From: Candidatus Hydrogenedentota bacterium
GTDB taxonomy: Bacteria; Hydrogenedentota; Hydrogenedentia; Hydrogenedentales; JAEUWI01
Direction of reading: 5' to 3'
Assembly: GCA_034669905.1 (NCBI GenBank)
Contig: JAXMOL010000088.1
Location: 1-14,607, forward strand
DNA length: 14,607 bases
This document shows positions 6,908-14,573 of this stretch, one piece after another; positions within the stretch are counted from its first letter, which is position 1, and every line of letters starts with the position of its first letter. The notes beneath the pieces were generated by a model. It was not told the origin of the DNA and ran no database searches. It saw nothing but the letters and a program-made list of their open reading frames with translations. The position numbers were made by a program, and so were the translations under genes.

Positions 6908-8731
6908 ATGAGTGAAGAAAATCACAATGGGTCTCCTTCCGCGACACTGCCCGAGCAGGGTGGTGTTTCGTCGGGTGCCTTGCCGCCCCTGGTGTTGCCC
7001 CCGAAGGTGCCCCGCCAGACCTATCGACCCGCCCAGTCGGACATCCCCGATGCCAAGGCCACGCGGAATCATCTGAAAGAAGTCACGCGCCTCTATGCCC
7101 GCTCGGTGGGCCTGGTGCCGCCGCTGACCATGGATGAATTGCGGGAGCACACGGCGGCGGTGTTGGAACACGCCAAGGTAGACGCCCAATATGCGGACTA
7201 CGCGGCCGTGCTGGTGAGCAATGCGGCCTGGGCCGACTCCCTGGCCCAAATACCCTATGAGCGCCGATTGCTCCTGGTGCCCAAGTGTCTTCGGGTGGAG
7301 AGCAAATGCCCCGCGCCCTTCGATGAATTTGGTCTGCTCTGTAAAGAGTGTGGCCTGTGCTCCATCCAGGATCTGTCGGTGGAAGCCGAGCGCCTGGGCT
7401 ATGCCGTCCTCGTGGCAGAGGGCTCGGCCATTGTGCGGAAGATGATTGAGACGGGCAAGATAGATGCCGTCGTGGGCGTGAGCTGCCTCAATGTCCTGGA
7501 AAAGTGTTTTCCCCACATGGAAGCAGCGGCCATCCCCAGTGTGGCCATTCCCCTCTTGCAAGATGATTGCATCAACACGACCGTGGACCTCGATTGGGTC
7601 TGGGATGTGATCCACCTCAGTGCCGACGACAAGACCTATCGCCTCGATCTGGATGGCCTGAAGAAGGATGTCCAGTCCTGGTTTACCCGCGAAGCCCTGG
7701 ATGAGTTGCTGGGCGAATGTATCAGCGAAACCGACGATATTGCACGGTACTGGCTTGCGAAAGACGGGAAGCGCTGGCGTCCCTACCTTGCGGCCTGCAC
7801 CTACATGGCCATCGAAGGGGAGCACCAGGATGAGGCCCCGGCCCTGACCCATGCCTTGCGCCAATTGGCCGTGGCCATTGAATGTTTCCACAAGGCGTCG
7901 TTGATTCACGATGACATCGAAGACGGGGACGACAAACGCTACGACAGCGCGACCTTGCACGTAGAGCGGAGCGTGCCCGTGGCCCTGAACGTGGGCGACT
8001 TCATGCTTGGGCTGGGCTACCAGTTGATTGCCGAAATTGAAGCCGAGCCTGCCGTCAAGGTGGAGATGCTCCGGTTGGCCGCCGTTTCTCATCAGATGTT
8101 GAGTCGGGGACAGGGCACGGAATTGTGCTGGGCGGAAAATCGCTCGGTCCTTTCGTCCATGGAGATCCTCGATATCTTCCGGCTGAAGACGGCACCGGCC
8201 TTCGAAGTGGCCCTCCGTCTGGGGGCGTGCCTGGCCAAGGCCGATGGGGAAACCCACGACGTCTTGACCAAGTACAGCGAAGCCCTGGGTATTGCCTATC
8301 AGATTGCCGATGATATTGAAGACCACAGCGATGACGGAGACTCCCACGATCTCGATGCGGTACGTCCATCGCTCATCCTTGCCATTGCCCACAAGCGGGC
8401 GGCGGAAGGGGCGCAGCAGGATAGTATCGCCGACCTCTGGTGCGGTGACGTGGCCTACGGGGACGTGCGGGAGACGGTGCGTGCCGTGTTGGAAGGCCGG
8501 GGCGTGCTGGAGAAAGCGGACGAGTTGTTGGAAGCCTATAAGGAAGAGGCGGTGCGCTCACTGCGTTATCTGCCCAACGCGACCCTCAAAGGCTTGCTCC
8601 GCCGCGTGGTCGGTAAGATTTTCAGTGAGCAGCTGATTGAAGGATATTGCAGTGAGTTTGAGGCTCGAAATGCTACAGGTCGCGCGACTGGCACCCACGA
8701 TGTTGGAGGGAGCCACGGAGCGGGTCATTGA
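6908..8731 (+). CDS. Fusion of a DUF116-like Cys-rich domain and a trans-isoprenyl diphosphate (polyprenyl) synthase
   Basis: N-part: LLLVPKCLR..KCPA......LLCKECGLCSI...GVSC..L...PL..DDCINTTVD. C-part: GKRWRP, FARM HKASLIHDDIED, GD, GQ..EL, KT, SARM YQIADDIED. AAAGGAA RBS upstream. Confidence 0.9.
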   Translation: MSEENHNGSPSATLPEQGGVSSGALPPLVLPPKVPRQTYRPAQSDIPDAKATRNHLKEVTRLYARSVGLVPPLTMDELREHTAAVLEHAKVDAQYADYAAVLVSNAAWADSLAQIPYERRLLLVPKCLRVESKCPAPFDEFGLLCKECGLCSIQDLSVEAERLGYAVLVAEGSAIVRKMIETGKIDAVVGVSCLNVLEKCFPHMEAAAIPSVAIPLLQDDCINTTVDLDWVWDVIHLSADDKTYRLDLDGLKKDVQSWFTREALDELLGECISETDDIARYWLAKDGKRWRPYLAACTYMAIEGEHQDEAPALTHALRQLAVAIECFHKASLIHDDIEDGDDKRYDSATLHVERSVPVALNVGDFMLGLGYQLIAEIEAEPAVKVEMLRLAAVSHQMLSRGQGTELCWAENRSVLSSMEILDIFRLKTAPAFEVALRLGACLAKADGETHDVLTKYSEALGIAYQIADDIEDHSDDGDSHDLDAVRPSLILAIAHKRAAEGAQQDSIADLWCGDVAYGDVRETVRAVLEGRGVLEKADELLEAYKEEAVRSLRYLPNATLKGLLRRVVGKIFSEQLIEGYCSEFEARNATGRATGTHDVGGSHGAGH

Positions 8732-9530
8732 GTTCTTCGAGACCCAGGCCCATGAAGGGGGCGGCTTTCGGGATCGCGCCGGGAACCCCGACCTCTATTA
8801 TTCTGTGTTTGGCTTGGAAGGGCGCCTTGCCCTCCAGGTATCTGCACCCCAGGAACTAACCACGGCCTATTTATCGGGCTTTGGCGATGGCGGGGAGCTC
8901 GACTTTGTGCATGGGGCCTGCCTGGCACGCTGCTGGGCCAGCATGGATGCCCCCATGGACCCTGCCCATGCCGAAGGGCTCGTGGCGGCCATCGAGACGT
9001 GTCGCACGCCTGATGGGGGATATGGCGCCCACCCGGACGCCGAACATGGCACCATCTACCACAGCTTTCTGGCCCTGGGGGTTTACCAGGATCTGGGGCG
9101 TAGCCTTCCGGATGCCGAACGGCTGCTGGACGTGGTGGCTGGACTGCGGACCGATGACGGGGGCTACGCCAACGAGCCGAGCCTTCCCATGGGCACGACA
9201 CCGACGACGGCCGCTGCCGTGACCTTGTTGCGTCATCTGGGTGCACCTGTTCCGGCGGAAGCGGGGGACTGGCTGCTGGCCCGTGCCCATCCCGATGGGG
9301 GCTTCATGGCGACCTGCGGCATTGAACTCCCCGACCTGTTGTCTACGGCGACGGCCCTCCACGCCCTTTCGGGAATGCGGGTGTCGTGGGAGCATCTCCG
9401 GGAGCCGGGCCTCGACTTTCTGGATTCCCTCTGGACCGGCAAGGCATTCTGTGGCAGTTGGCTGGATGATGCCGAAGATATTGAATACACCTACTACGCC
9501 CTGTTGGCCCTCGGTCACCTCAGCCTCTAA
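8652..9530 (+). CDS. Prenyltransferase/squalene oxidase repeat protein (single alpha-alpha barrel, protein prenyltransferase beta-subunit-like)
   Basis: GTG 8652 lies 7 nt after GAAGGA. Repeats QAHEGGGFRDR...DLYYS, RTPDGGYG, RTDDGGYA, HPDGGF, C-terminal DIEYTYYALLALG. Overlaps the upstream gene by 80 nt. Confidence 0.85.
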   Translation: MSLRLEMLQVARLAPTMLEGATERVIEFFETQAHEGGGFRDRAGNPDLYYSVFGLEGRLALQVSAPQELTTAYLSGFGDGGELDFVHGACLARCWASMDAPMDPAHAEGLVAAIETCRTPDGGYGAHPDAEHGTIYHSFLALGVYQDLGRSLPDAERLLDVVAGLRTDDGGYANEPSLPMGTTPTTAAAVTLLRHLGAPVPAEAGDWLLARAHPDGGFMATCGIELPDLLSTATALHALSGMRVSWEHLREPGLDFLDSLWTGKAFCGSWLDDAEDIEYTYYALLALGHLSL

Positions 9531-9543
9531 GGGGCGGTGAAAG

Positions 9544-11415
9544 ATGATGATGGATTCATTGGATGAGACCTTAAGGAATGCCCAACAGGCCTTGCTGGAC
9601 GCCCGCACGTCGGAGGGCCCCTGGTGTGGCGAATTGTCGTCCAGTGCGTTGTCGACGGCCACGGCCTTGTGCGCCTTTACGCTGGCCCGTGATGCGGCAA
9701 AGAGGTTGGATTATGACGGGCTGATTGATGGTGCGCGCCAGTGGCTCATCACCCACCAGAACGAGGACGGCGGCTGGGGTGATACGGTGGCGAGTCCCAC
9801 CAACATCAGCACGACGACCTTGTGTTGGGCGGCCCTACGGGTGGCAGCCGGCGACCCTGCGGCCGTGGAGCGGGCATCGAATTGGCTCGCCGGGGAAATG
9901 GGTGAACTGACGCCCCGCGCGATTGCCGAGACCATCAGCGCCCGCTATGGGGTCGATAAGACCTTTTCTATTCCCATCCTCACGCTCTGTGCATTGGCCG
10001 GGTGTTTTGGGGAGGGACGTAGCGCCTGGCGGGGTATTACGCCCTTGCCCTTTGAGTTGGGCGCGCTGCCCCGTCGGTGGTTTAACCGCCTGGGCTTGCC
10101 CGTGGTGAGTTATGCGCTGCCCGCGCTCATTGCCGTGGGCACGGTGATTCATCACCGCAGCCCGAGTCGCAATCCCCTGATCCGGTGGATACGCAACCTG
10201 GCCCAGCCCCGGACCTTGCGGGTGCTCCGCGAAATCCAGCCCGCGTCGGGCGGTTTTCTCGAAGCGGCCCCCCTTACGAGTTTTGTGGCCATGAGCCTCA
10301 TTGGGAGTGGACGTTTTTCCGATGCGGTGACCCAGGCCGGCCTCGATTTTCTGAGGGAGACGGTCCGGCCCGACGGTAGCTGGCCCATTGATACGAATTT
10401 ATGCACCTGGGTGACGACGCTGAGCGTGAAGGCCCTGTCACGGGATGGCGCGCTGGAAGGTCACCTGGATGCCAGCGAGCGACGTCAACTCCTGGACTGG
10501 CTGGGTGCCCAGCAGGGAAAGGTGCCCCACCCCTACACCCTGGCCGATCCCGGTGGATGGGCCTGGACGGATCTCTCCGGCGGCGTGCCCGATGGAGACG
10601 ACACGCCCGGTGCTTTGCTGGCCCTGTTCCATCTGGTAGAAAAGGATGATGTCGGGCAGCCCCTTGATGGGGCGATAACCGAGCAGGCCCGGGCCGGTGT
10701 GCGGTGGCTCATGGGATTACAGAATAAGGACGGGGGTATCCCCACCTTTTGCCGGGGCTGGGGCAAGCTGCCCTTTGATAAGAGTTGTCCCGACTTGACG
10801 GCCCACACCCTCCGTGCCTGGTTTATCTGGCGGGAGGCCCTGGGGGACGGAGAGCGAGCGACGCTGGACGCGGCGGCCGTGCGGGCCCTTACGTTTTTGC
10901 TGGCGGCCCAGGCGACCAATGGCAGTTGGACGCCCCTGTGGTTTGGCAACCAGGCCGCGCCCGAACAGGAGAATCCCGTTTATGGCACGGCATTGACGCT
11001 GGGCGTTCCCAAACTGCCGGAGGATTCTGTCTTTTCCGGCGTGCGAGAAGACTGGGAACGTGCCCGTTGGCGTGGGGTCGGATGGCTTCTCTTGGCCCAG
11101 GGAGAAGAGGGCGGATTTGGCGGTGCGCCGGGGGTCGAAGCCAGTATCGAAGAGACGGCCCTGGCACTCGATGCCCTGTGTCATCAGGACCCCGAAGAGG
11201 CCGTACCGGAAGTGGTGGACGCCATACGCCGTGGGGTGGATTGGCTTACCCAGGCGACGGAAAGCGGGACGGTATTTCCCGCGGCTCCCATTGGCCTTTA
11301 CTTCGCCAAGCTCTGGTACCACGAACAACTTTACCCGCTGGTCCATACCGTATCGGGCCTGGCCCATGCGCAGCAGTGGCTGCAAGCCTTTGACGCGAAA
11401 ACGGTGGCACCATGA
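9544..11415 (+). CDS. Squalene-hopene cyclase-like class II terpene cyclase (divergent subfamily)
   Basis: QW-type repeats QNEDGGWG, RPDGSWP, QNKDGG, QATNGSW, QGEEGGFG. Catalytic PGGWAW...VPDGDDT (DxDD, 10591-10602), SCPDLTAH, SIEETALAL. At 623 aa the size fits two barrels. Confidence 0.88.
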   Translation: MMMDSLDETLRNAQQALLDARTSEGPWCGELSSSALSTATALCAFTLARDAAKRLDYDGLIDGARQWLITHQNEDGGWGDTVASPTNISTTTLCWAALRVAAGDPAAVERASNWLAGEMGELTPRAIAETISARYGVDKTFSIPILTLCALAGCFGEGRSAWRGITPLPFELGALPRRWFNRLGLPVVSYALPALIAVGTVIHHRSPSRNPLIRWIRNLAQPRTLRVLREIQPASGGFLEAAPLTSFVAMSLIGSGRFSDAVTQAGLDFLRETVRPDGSWPIDTNLCTWVTTLSVKALSRDGALEGHLDASERRQLLDWLGAQQGKVPHPYTLADPGGWAWTDLSGGVPDGDDTPGALLALFHLVEKDDVGQPLDGAITEQARAGVRWLMGLQNKDGGIPTFCRGWGKLPFDKSCPDLTAHTLRAWFIWREALGDGERATLDAAAVRALTFLLAAQATNGSWTPLWFGNQAAPEQENPVYGTALTLGVPKLPEDSVFSGVREDWERARWRGVGWLLLAQGEEGGFGGAPGVEASIEETALALDALCHQDPEEAVPEVVDAIRRGVDWLTQATESGTVFPAAPIGLYFAKLWYHEQLYPLVHTVSGLAHAQQWLQAFDAKTVAP

Positions 11416-12554
11416 CGCCCGTGTACCTCGATTACGCGGCCACCACCCCGGTAGACCCTCGGGTGTTGGAGGCCATGCTACCCTTCTTTACCACCCACTA
11501 TGGGAATCCCGCGAGCCGTCAGCATGGTAGCGGGGACGATGCCCACAGCGCGGTGGAAGGGGCACGGGCCCAGGTGGCGCAGGCCTTGGGTGCGGACCCC
11601 CGGGAAATTATCTGGACCAGTGGCGCGACCGAGTCGGATAACCTGGCCCTCCAGGGGGTGGCGTTTTCGCCCTACTATATGCGGCGTGGCAATCACGTGG
11701 TTACGGTGGCGACGGAGCACAAGGCCGTGTTGGATGCCTGTGCCTATTTGGAAACCCGTGGAATTGAGGTGACCTATCTCGCGGTAGACCCGTCGGGCCG
11801 TATCGACCTCGGGGAGTTGGCGGCTGCTATTACGCCGTCCACCATCCTGGTGTCCATCATGCACGCCAACAACGAAACAGGCGTTTTGCAGCCTATTCGG
11901 GAAATCGGTGCCCTCTGCCGCGAAAAGGACGTGCTTTTCCATACCGATGCCACCCAGAGTTTTGGGAAGGTCCCCATTGATGTGGAAGCCGATGGCATCG
12001 ACCTGCTCAGCCTGAGTGCCCACAAGGTTTATGGGCCGAAGGGCGTGGGTGCCTTGTATGTGCGCCGTAAGGGGCCGCGGGTGCGCTGTGTTCCCCTGCA
12101 ACATGGTGGGGGGCATGAGCGGGGACTGCGGTCGGGTACCTTGAACGTGCCGGGGATTGTAGGGCTGGGCGTGGCGGCGGAGTTGGCCCTTCGCGAATGG
12201 GTCGACGAGCAGGACCGCGTGGCGAAATTGCGCGACCGACTCGAAAGGGGCTTGATGGCGTGCCTCGACGTGCGGCGCAACGGACACGAAACGGAACGGC
12301 TGGCAGGCTTTGCCAATTTGAGTTTTGCAGGGGTAGACGCCGACCGACTGATGAAGGAGATACCGGAGGTGCATGTTTCCACCCGGTCTGCCTGTACGAG
12401 CGCCGTGCGCCAACCGAGCTACGTGTTGGCCGCCATGGGCTGCGACGACGCACACATGGCCGGCAGCATCCGCTTTTCCCTGGGGCGAATGACCACGGAG
12501 GCAGAAGTGGATACCGTGGTGTCGCGGATTGTGGAAGCCATCGGGGCGATGTAG
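11412..12554 (+). CDS. iscS: Cysteine desulfurase, group I (IscS/NifS type)
   Basis: Motifs YLDYAATTP, GNPAS, TSGATES, EHKAV, ANNETG, HTDATQ, PLP-Lys motif SAHKVYGPKG, RSGT.N, catalytic loop STRSACTS, SIRFSLGR. ATGA overlap with the cyclase stop. Confidence 0.95.
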   Translation: MTPVYLDYAATTPVDPRVLEAMLPFFTTHYGNPASRQHGSGDDAHSAVEGARAQVAQALGADPREIIWTSGATESDNLALQGVAFSPYYMRRGNHVVTVATEHKAVLDACAYLETRGIEVTYLAVDPSGRIDLGELAAAITPSTILVSIMHANNETGVLQPIREIGALCREKDVLFHTDATQSFGKVPIDVEADGIDLLSLSAHKVYGPKGVGALYVRRKGPRVRCVPLQHGGGHERGLRSGTLNVPGIVGLGVAAELALREWVDEQDRVAKLRDRLERGLMACLDVRRNGHETERLAGFANLSFAGVDADRLMKEIPEVHVSTRSACTSAVRQPSYVLAAMGCDDAHMAGSIRFSLGRMTTEAEVDTVVSRIVEAIGAM

Positions 12555-12571
12555 GGGGGCAGTGCAGCCCA

Positions 12572-12907
12572 TTCTATGGAGCGCTGGCGGCCCGCCGGCA
12601 TGGGGGAGGGGGACAGCCCCGACTAGTGGGTGGGTGTGGGTGGTTGATGTCGCTGGGTTGGCCACGTCGTGATTCGGGCTACGGTTCCAACGTGACGTCG
12701 GTGCAGTCCCCGTAGTGTTTTTCGTGCCACCCGATCGTGCCCCGCACGTTCGGGTGCTTGGAGGGGCAGGGTTGGTGCTTCAGGAGCGGTGTTGGGGCCG
12801 TGCCCTTTTTTGCTTGGTTTGTTTGAGTCGAGGGGTCAGTGGCTTCCCCGAAATCATGGCACCCGTAAGGCCGTTCGTACCTCACGTCCGTAAGGGTGGC
12901 ACCCTTG
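12572..12907 (+). repeat. Composite non-coding repeat, full copy B (direct repeat of 2028-2351)
   Basis: R2 at 12575-12604, R3 region at 12688-12756 (hairpin 12728-12756, with a 12-nt insertion at 12714-12725), R1 at 12860-12907. Confidence 0.9.
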
Positions 12908-12911
12908 TCAT

Positions 12912-13016
12912 TTCTATGGAGCGCCGGCGGCCCGCCGGCTTGGGGTGGCCGCGACGTGGCTGGATTGGCCACGTGATACGTCGGGGTAGGGCGGTGACGT
13001 GACGGTGCCGTCCTCG
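12912..13016 (+). repeat. Partial, decayed tandem copy of the composite element (R2 plus linker and start of R3)
   Basis: R2 at 12915-12944, then 'ggattggccacgtgatacgtcggggtagggcggtgacgtgacggtgccgtcctcg', resembling 'gggttggccacgtcgtgattcgggctacggttccaacgtgacgtcggtgcagtccccg' in copy B. Confidence 0.7.
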
Positions 13017-13093
13017 GGAACCCTTTTTCGTCTATGGGCATTATAGACCTGTCGGGGTTACTCGCATTTTCAAATAGGTCGCGGGGTTGTTCG

Positions 13094-14452
13094 ATGAAAA
13101 GATTGGGTTGGAAAGTGTTTCGGTTTGGTATCGTGCTGGGCATCGTTACGTTGGTGCTCTACGGTACTGCCGTGCTTTGGACGGGGCGGACGTTGGAACG
13201 CTCACTGGCCCAGATACCGAAACCCCCAATGGTGGCCTACCACGAAGCGCTCGGCCGGGCTCAAGCGGAAGGCGCTGGGGCCGCGCTTGAGGCAGACCGT
13301 CATCGGATCGCGCGCTATCAGACGGTGTTTAAACGAATCCTGGAGCGGGATGGGATTCGGAAGCTCAATAGTCTGAATTCAGAGCGGGGTGAGGCACCCT
13401 ATCACACGTGGGAGCCTTCCGAGCGGGATGAGGTCGCCACTATTATCACGGCATTCCGCCCCGAACTCGAAGAGATTCACGCGCTGGCCGCGTCAGGAGG
13501 ACCCTTCGTCGCCTTGGGATTCGGAGAGCGAATAACACCCGACAATGCTATGCGGGGCGAGGTTCTTTTTATGGGGCTCCTCTTGCGTTGGAGTATGGTT
13601 GTCCACATTGCCGAGGGAAGGGGTTCAGCGGGCGTGGCAGATGGGGTAGCCACACTCGCCCTGGGAAACCTATTGGCGGAAGAGCCCCGGATATTTGCCC
13701 AACTGAATCGCTATCGGCATTTTCATCTCTTTTACGATGCCATCGTTGAGAATGGGCTCCTGGGCTATCTGTCCCGCGATGAATTGGCTGTATTGTTGGC
13801 CGCATTAGAGGGGCAGGACAACCATCAAGGCCTGGTAAACGGACTGTTGGGCGAGCAATATGCCGGGACACGTAGTTACGATGCCTTCCTGAGATCGGGG
13901 TGGGCTGGTCGGGCCGCCATATTGGATGGGACTTACCGGGGTGGACGGGATACCCTCTGGGCGGGGCTGTACGGTTACTTCAGTCCCGTCTTTCGTGCCC
14001 ATCATAACCGTCAAATGATAGCCCATATAGGACTCATGGGCTTGGCGGTAGAAGCGTCCAGGGACCCTTATTTCGAGGCGACCTCGAAGTGGGAAGCGCT
14101 GGAAGCCGCGTATGGGAACGCGCCGTTTGGCCTGCTGGTACAGAACTACAAATACCGCGTGGAGCACATCGGCCTGTCGCAAGCCTGGCATGACGAGTCG
14201 GTTCACCTGCTCCGATTGGCGTTGTCCCTCGAGATATTTCATCGGGATGCGGGGCGCTACCCGGATGCCTTGGAGGAAATGGTCCCCGTGTGGCCAGAGG
14301 GGCTGCCACGGGATCCGTTTTGTGGCGAAGGCTATCGCTATATGCGGCAGGATGATGATGCCTATTTGCTCTATGGGGTGGGGCAGAATCTGGTGGATGA
14401 TGGGGGCGTTGAAGGGGACGATGCTGTGTGGCGTGCGGGAGGATTGAGATAG
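13094..14452 (+). CDS. Hypothetical membrane-anchored protein with a C-terminal GspG-C/pseudopilin-like segment
   Basis: Likely start ATG 13094: MKRLGWKVFR followed by the hydrophobic helix FGIVLGIVTLVLYGTAVLW. The C-terminus LALSLEIFHRDAGRYPDALEEMVP..LPRDPF.G..YRY......LLYGVG.N..DDGG follows the T2SS GspG C-terminal pattern. Confidence 0.78.
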   Translation: MKRLGWKVFRFGIVLGIVTLVLYGTAVLWTGRTLERSLAQIPKPPMVAYHEALGRAQAEGAGAALEADRHRIARYQTVFKRILERDGIRKLNSLNSERGEAPYHTWEPSERDEVATIITAFRPELEEIHALAASGGPFVALGFGERITPDNAMRGEVLFMGLLLRWSMVVHIAEGRGSAGVADGVATLALGNLLAEEPRIFAQLNRYRHFHLFYDAIVENGLLGYLSRDELAVLLAALEGQDNHQGLVNGLLGEQYAGTRSYDAFLRSGWAGRAAILDGTYRGGRDTLWAGLYGYFSPVFRAHHNRQMIAHIGLMGLAVEASRDPYFEATSKWEALEAAYGNAPFGLLVQNYKYRVEHIGLSQAWHDESVHLLRLALSLEIFHRDAGRYPDALEEMVPVWPEGLPRDPFCGEGYRYMRQDDDAYLLYGVGQNLVDDGGVEGDDAVWRAGGLR

Positions 14453-14535
14453 GGTGGGGCGGCTGTGTCTTCCGCGACATCAGTCGTGTAACGCAAGTTC
14501 TGCAATTGGCTGATGTTTCTGGTCTCTCTTGTTTA

Positions 14536-14573
14536 TACAGTTCCTCCCTCCTCCGGAGGAGGGAGGAACTGTA
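14536..14573. repeat. Perfect 38-bp palindrome; possible terminator or protein-binding site
   Basis: TACAGTTCCTCCCTCCTCC|GGAGGAGGGAGGAACTGTA, two exact 19-nt arms with no spacer, 83 nt downstream of the last CDS. T-rich tract at 14584-14603. Confidence 0.9.

Noticed and set aside
2669..12554. Calling the cluster a standard hopanoid, glycine-cleavage, cobalamin or ISC operon
   Set aside because: The defining partners (hpnCDE/hpnH, gcvT/P, cob/cbi, iscRUA-hscBA) are all absent from the window.
418..12665. Long minus-strand ORFs (418-1875, 3140-4039, 5653-6906, 6518-8392, 11478-12665 and others)
   Set aside because: They are antisense shadows of well-supported + strand genes in GC-rich DNA and have no recognisable motifs.
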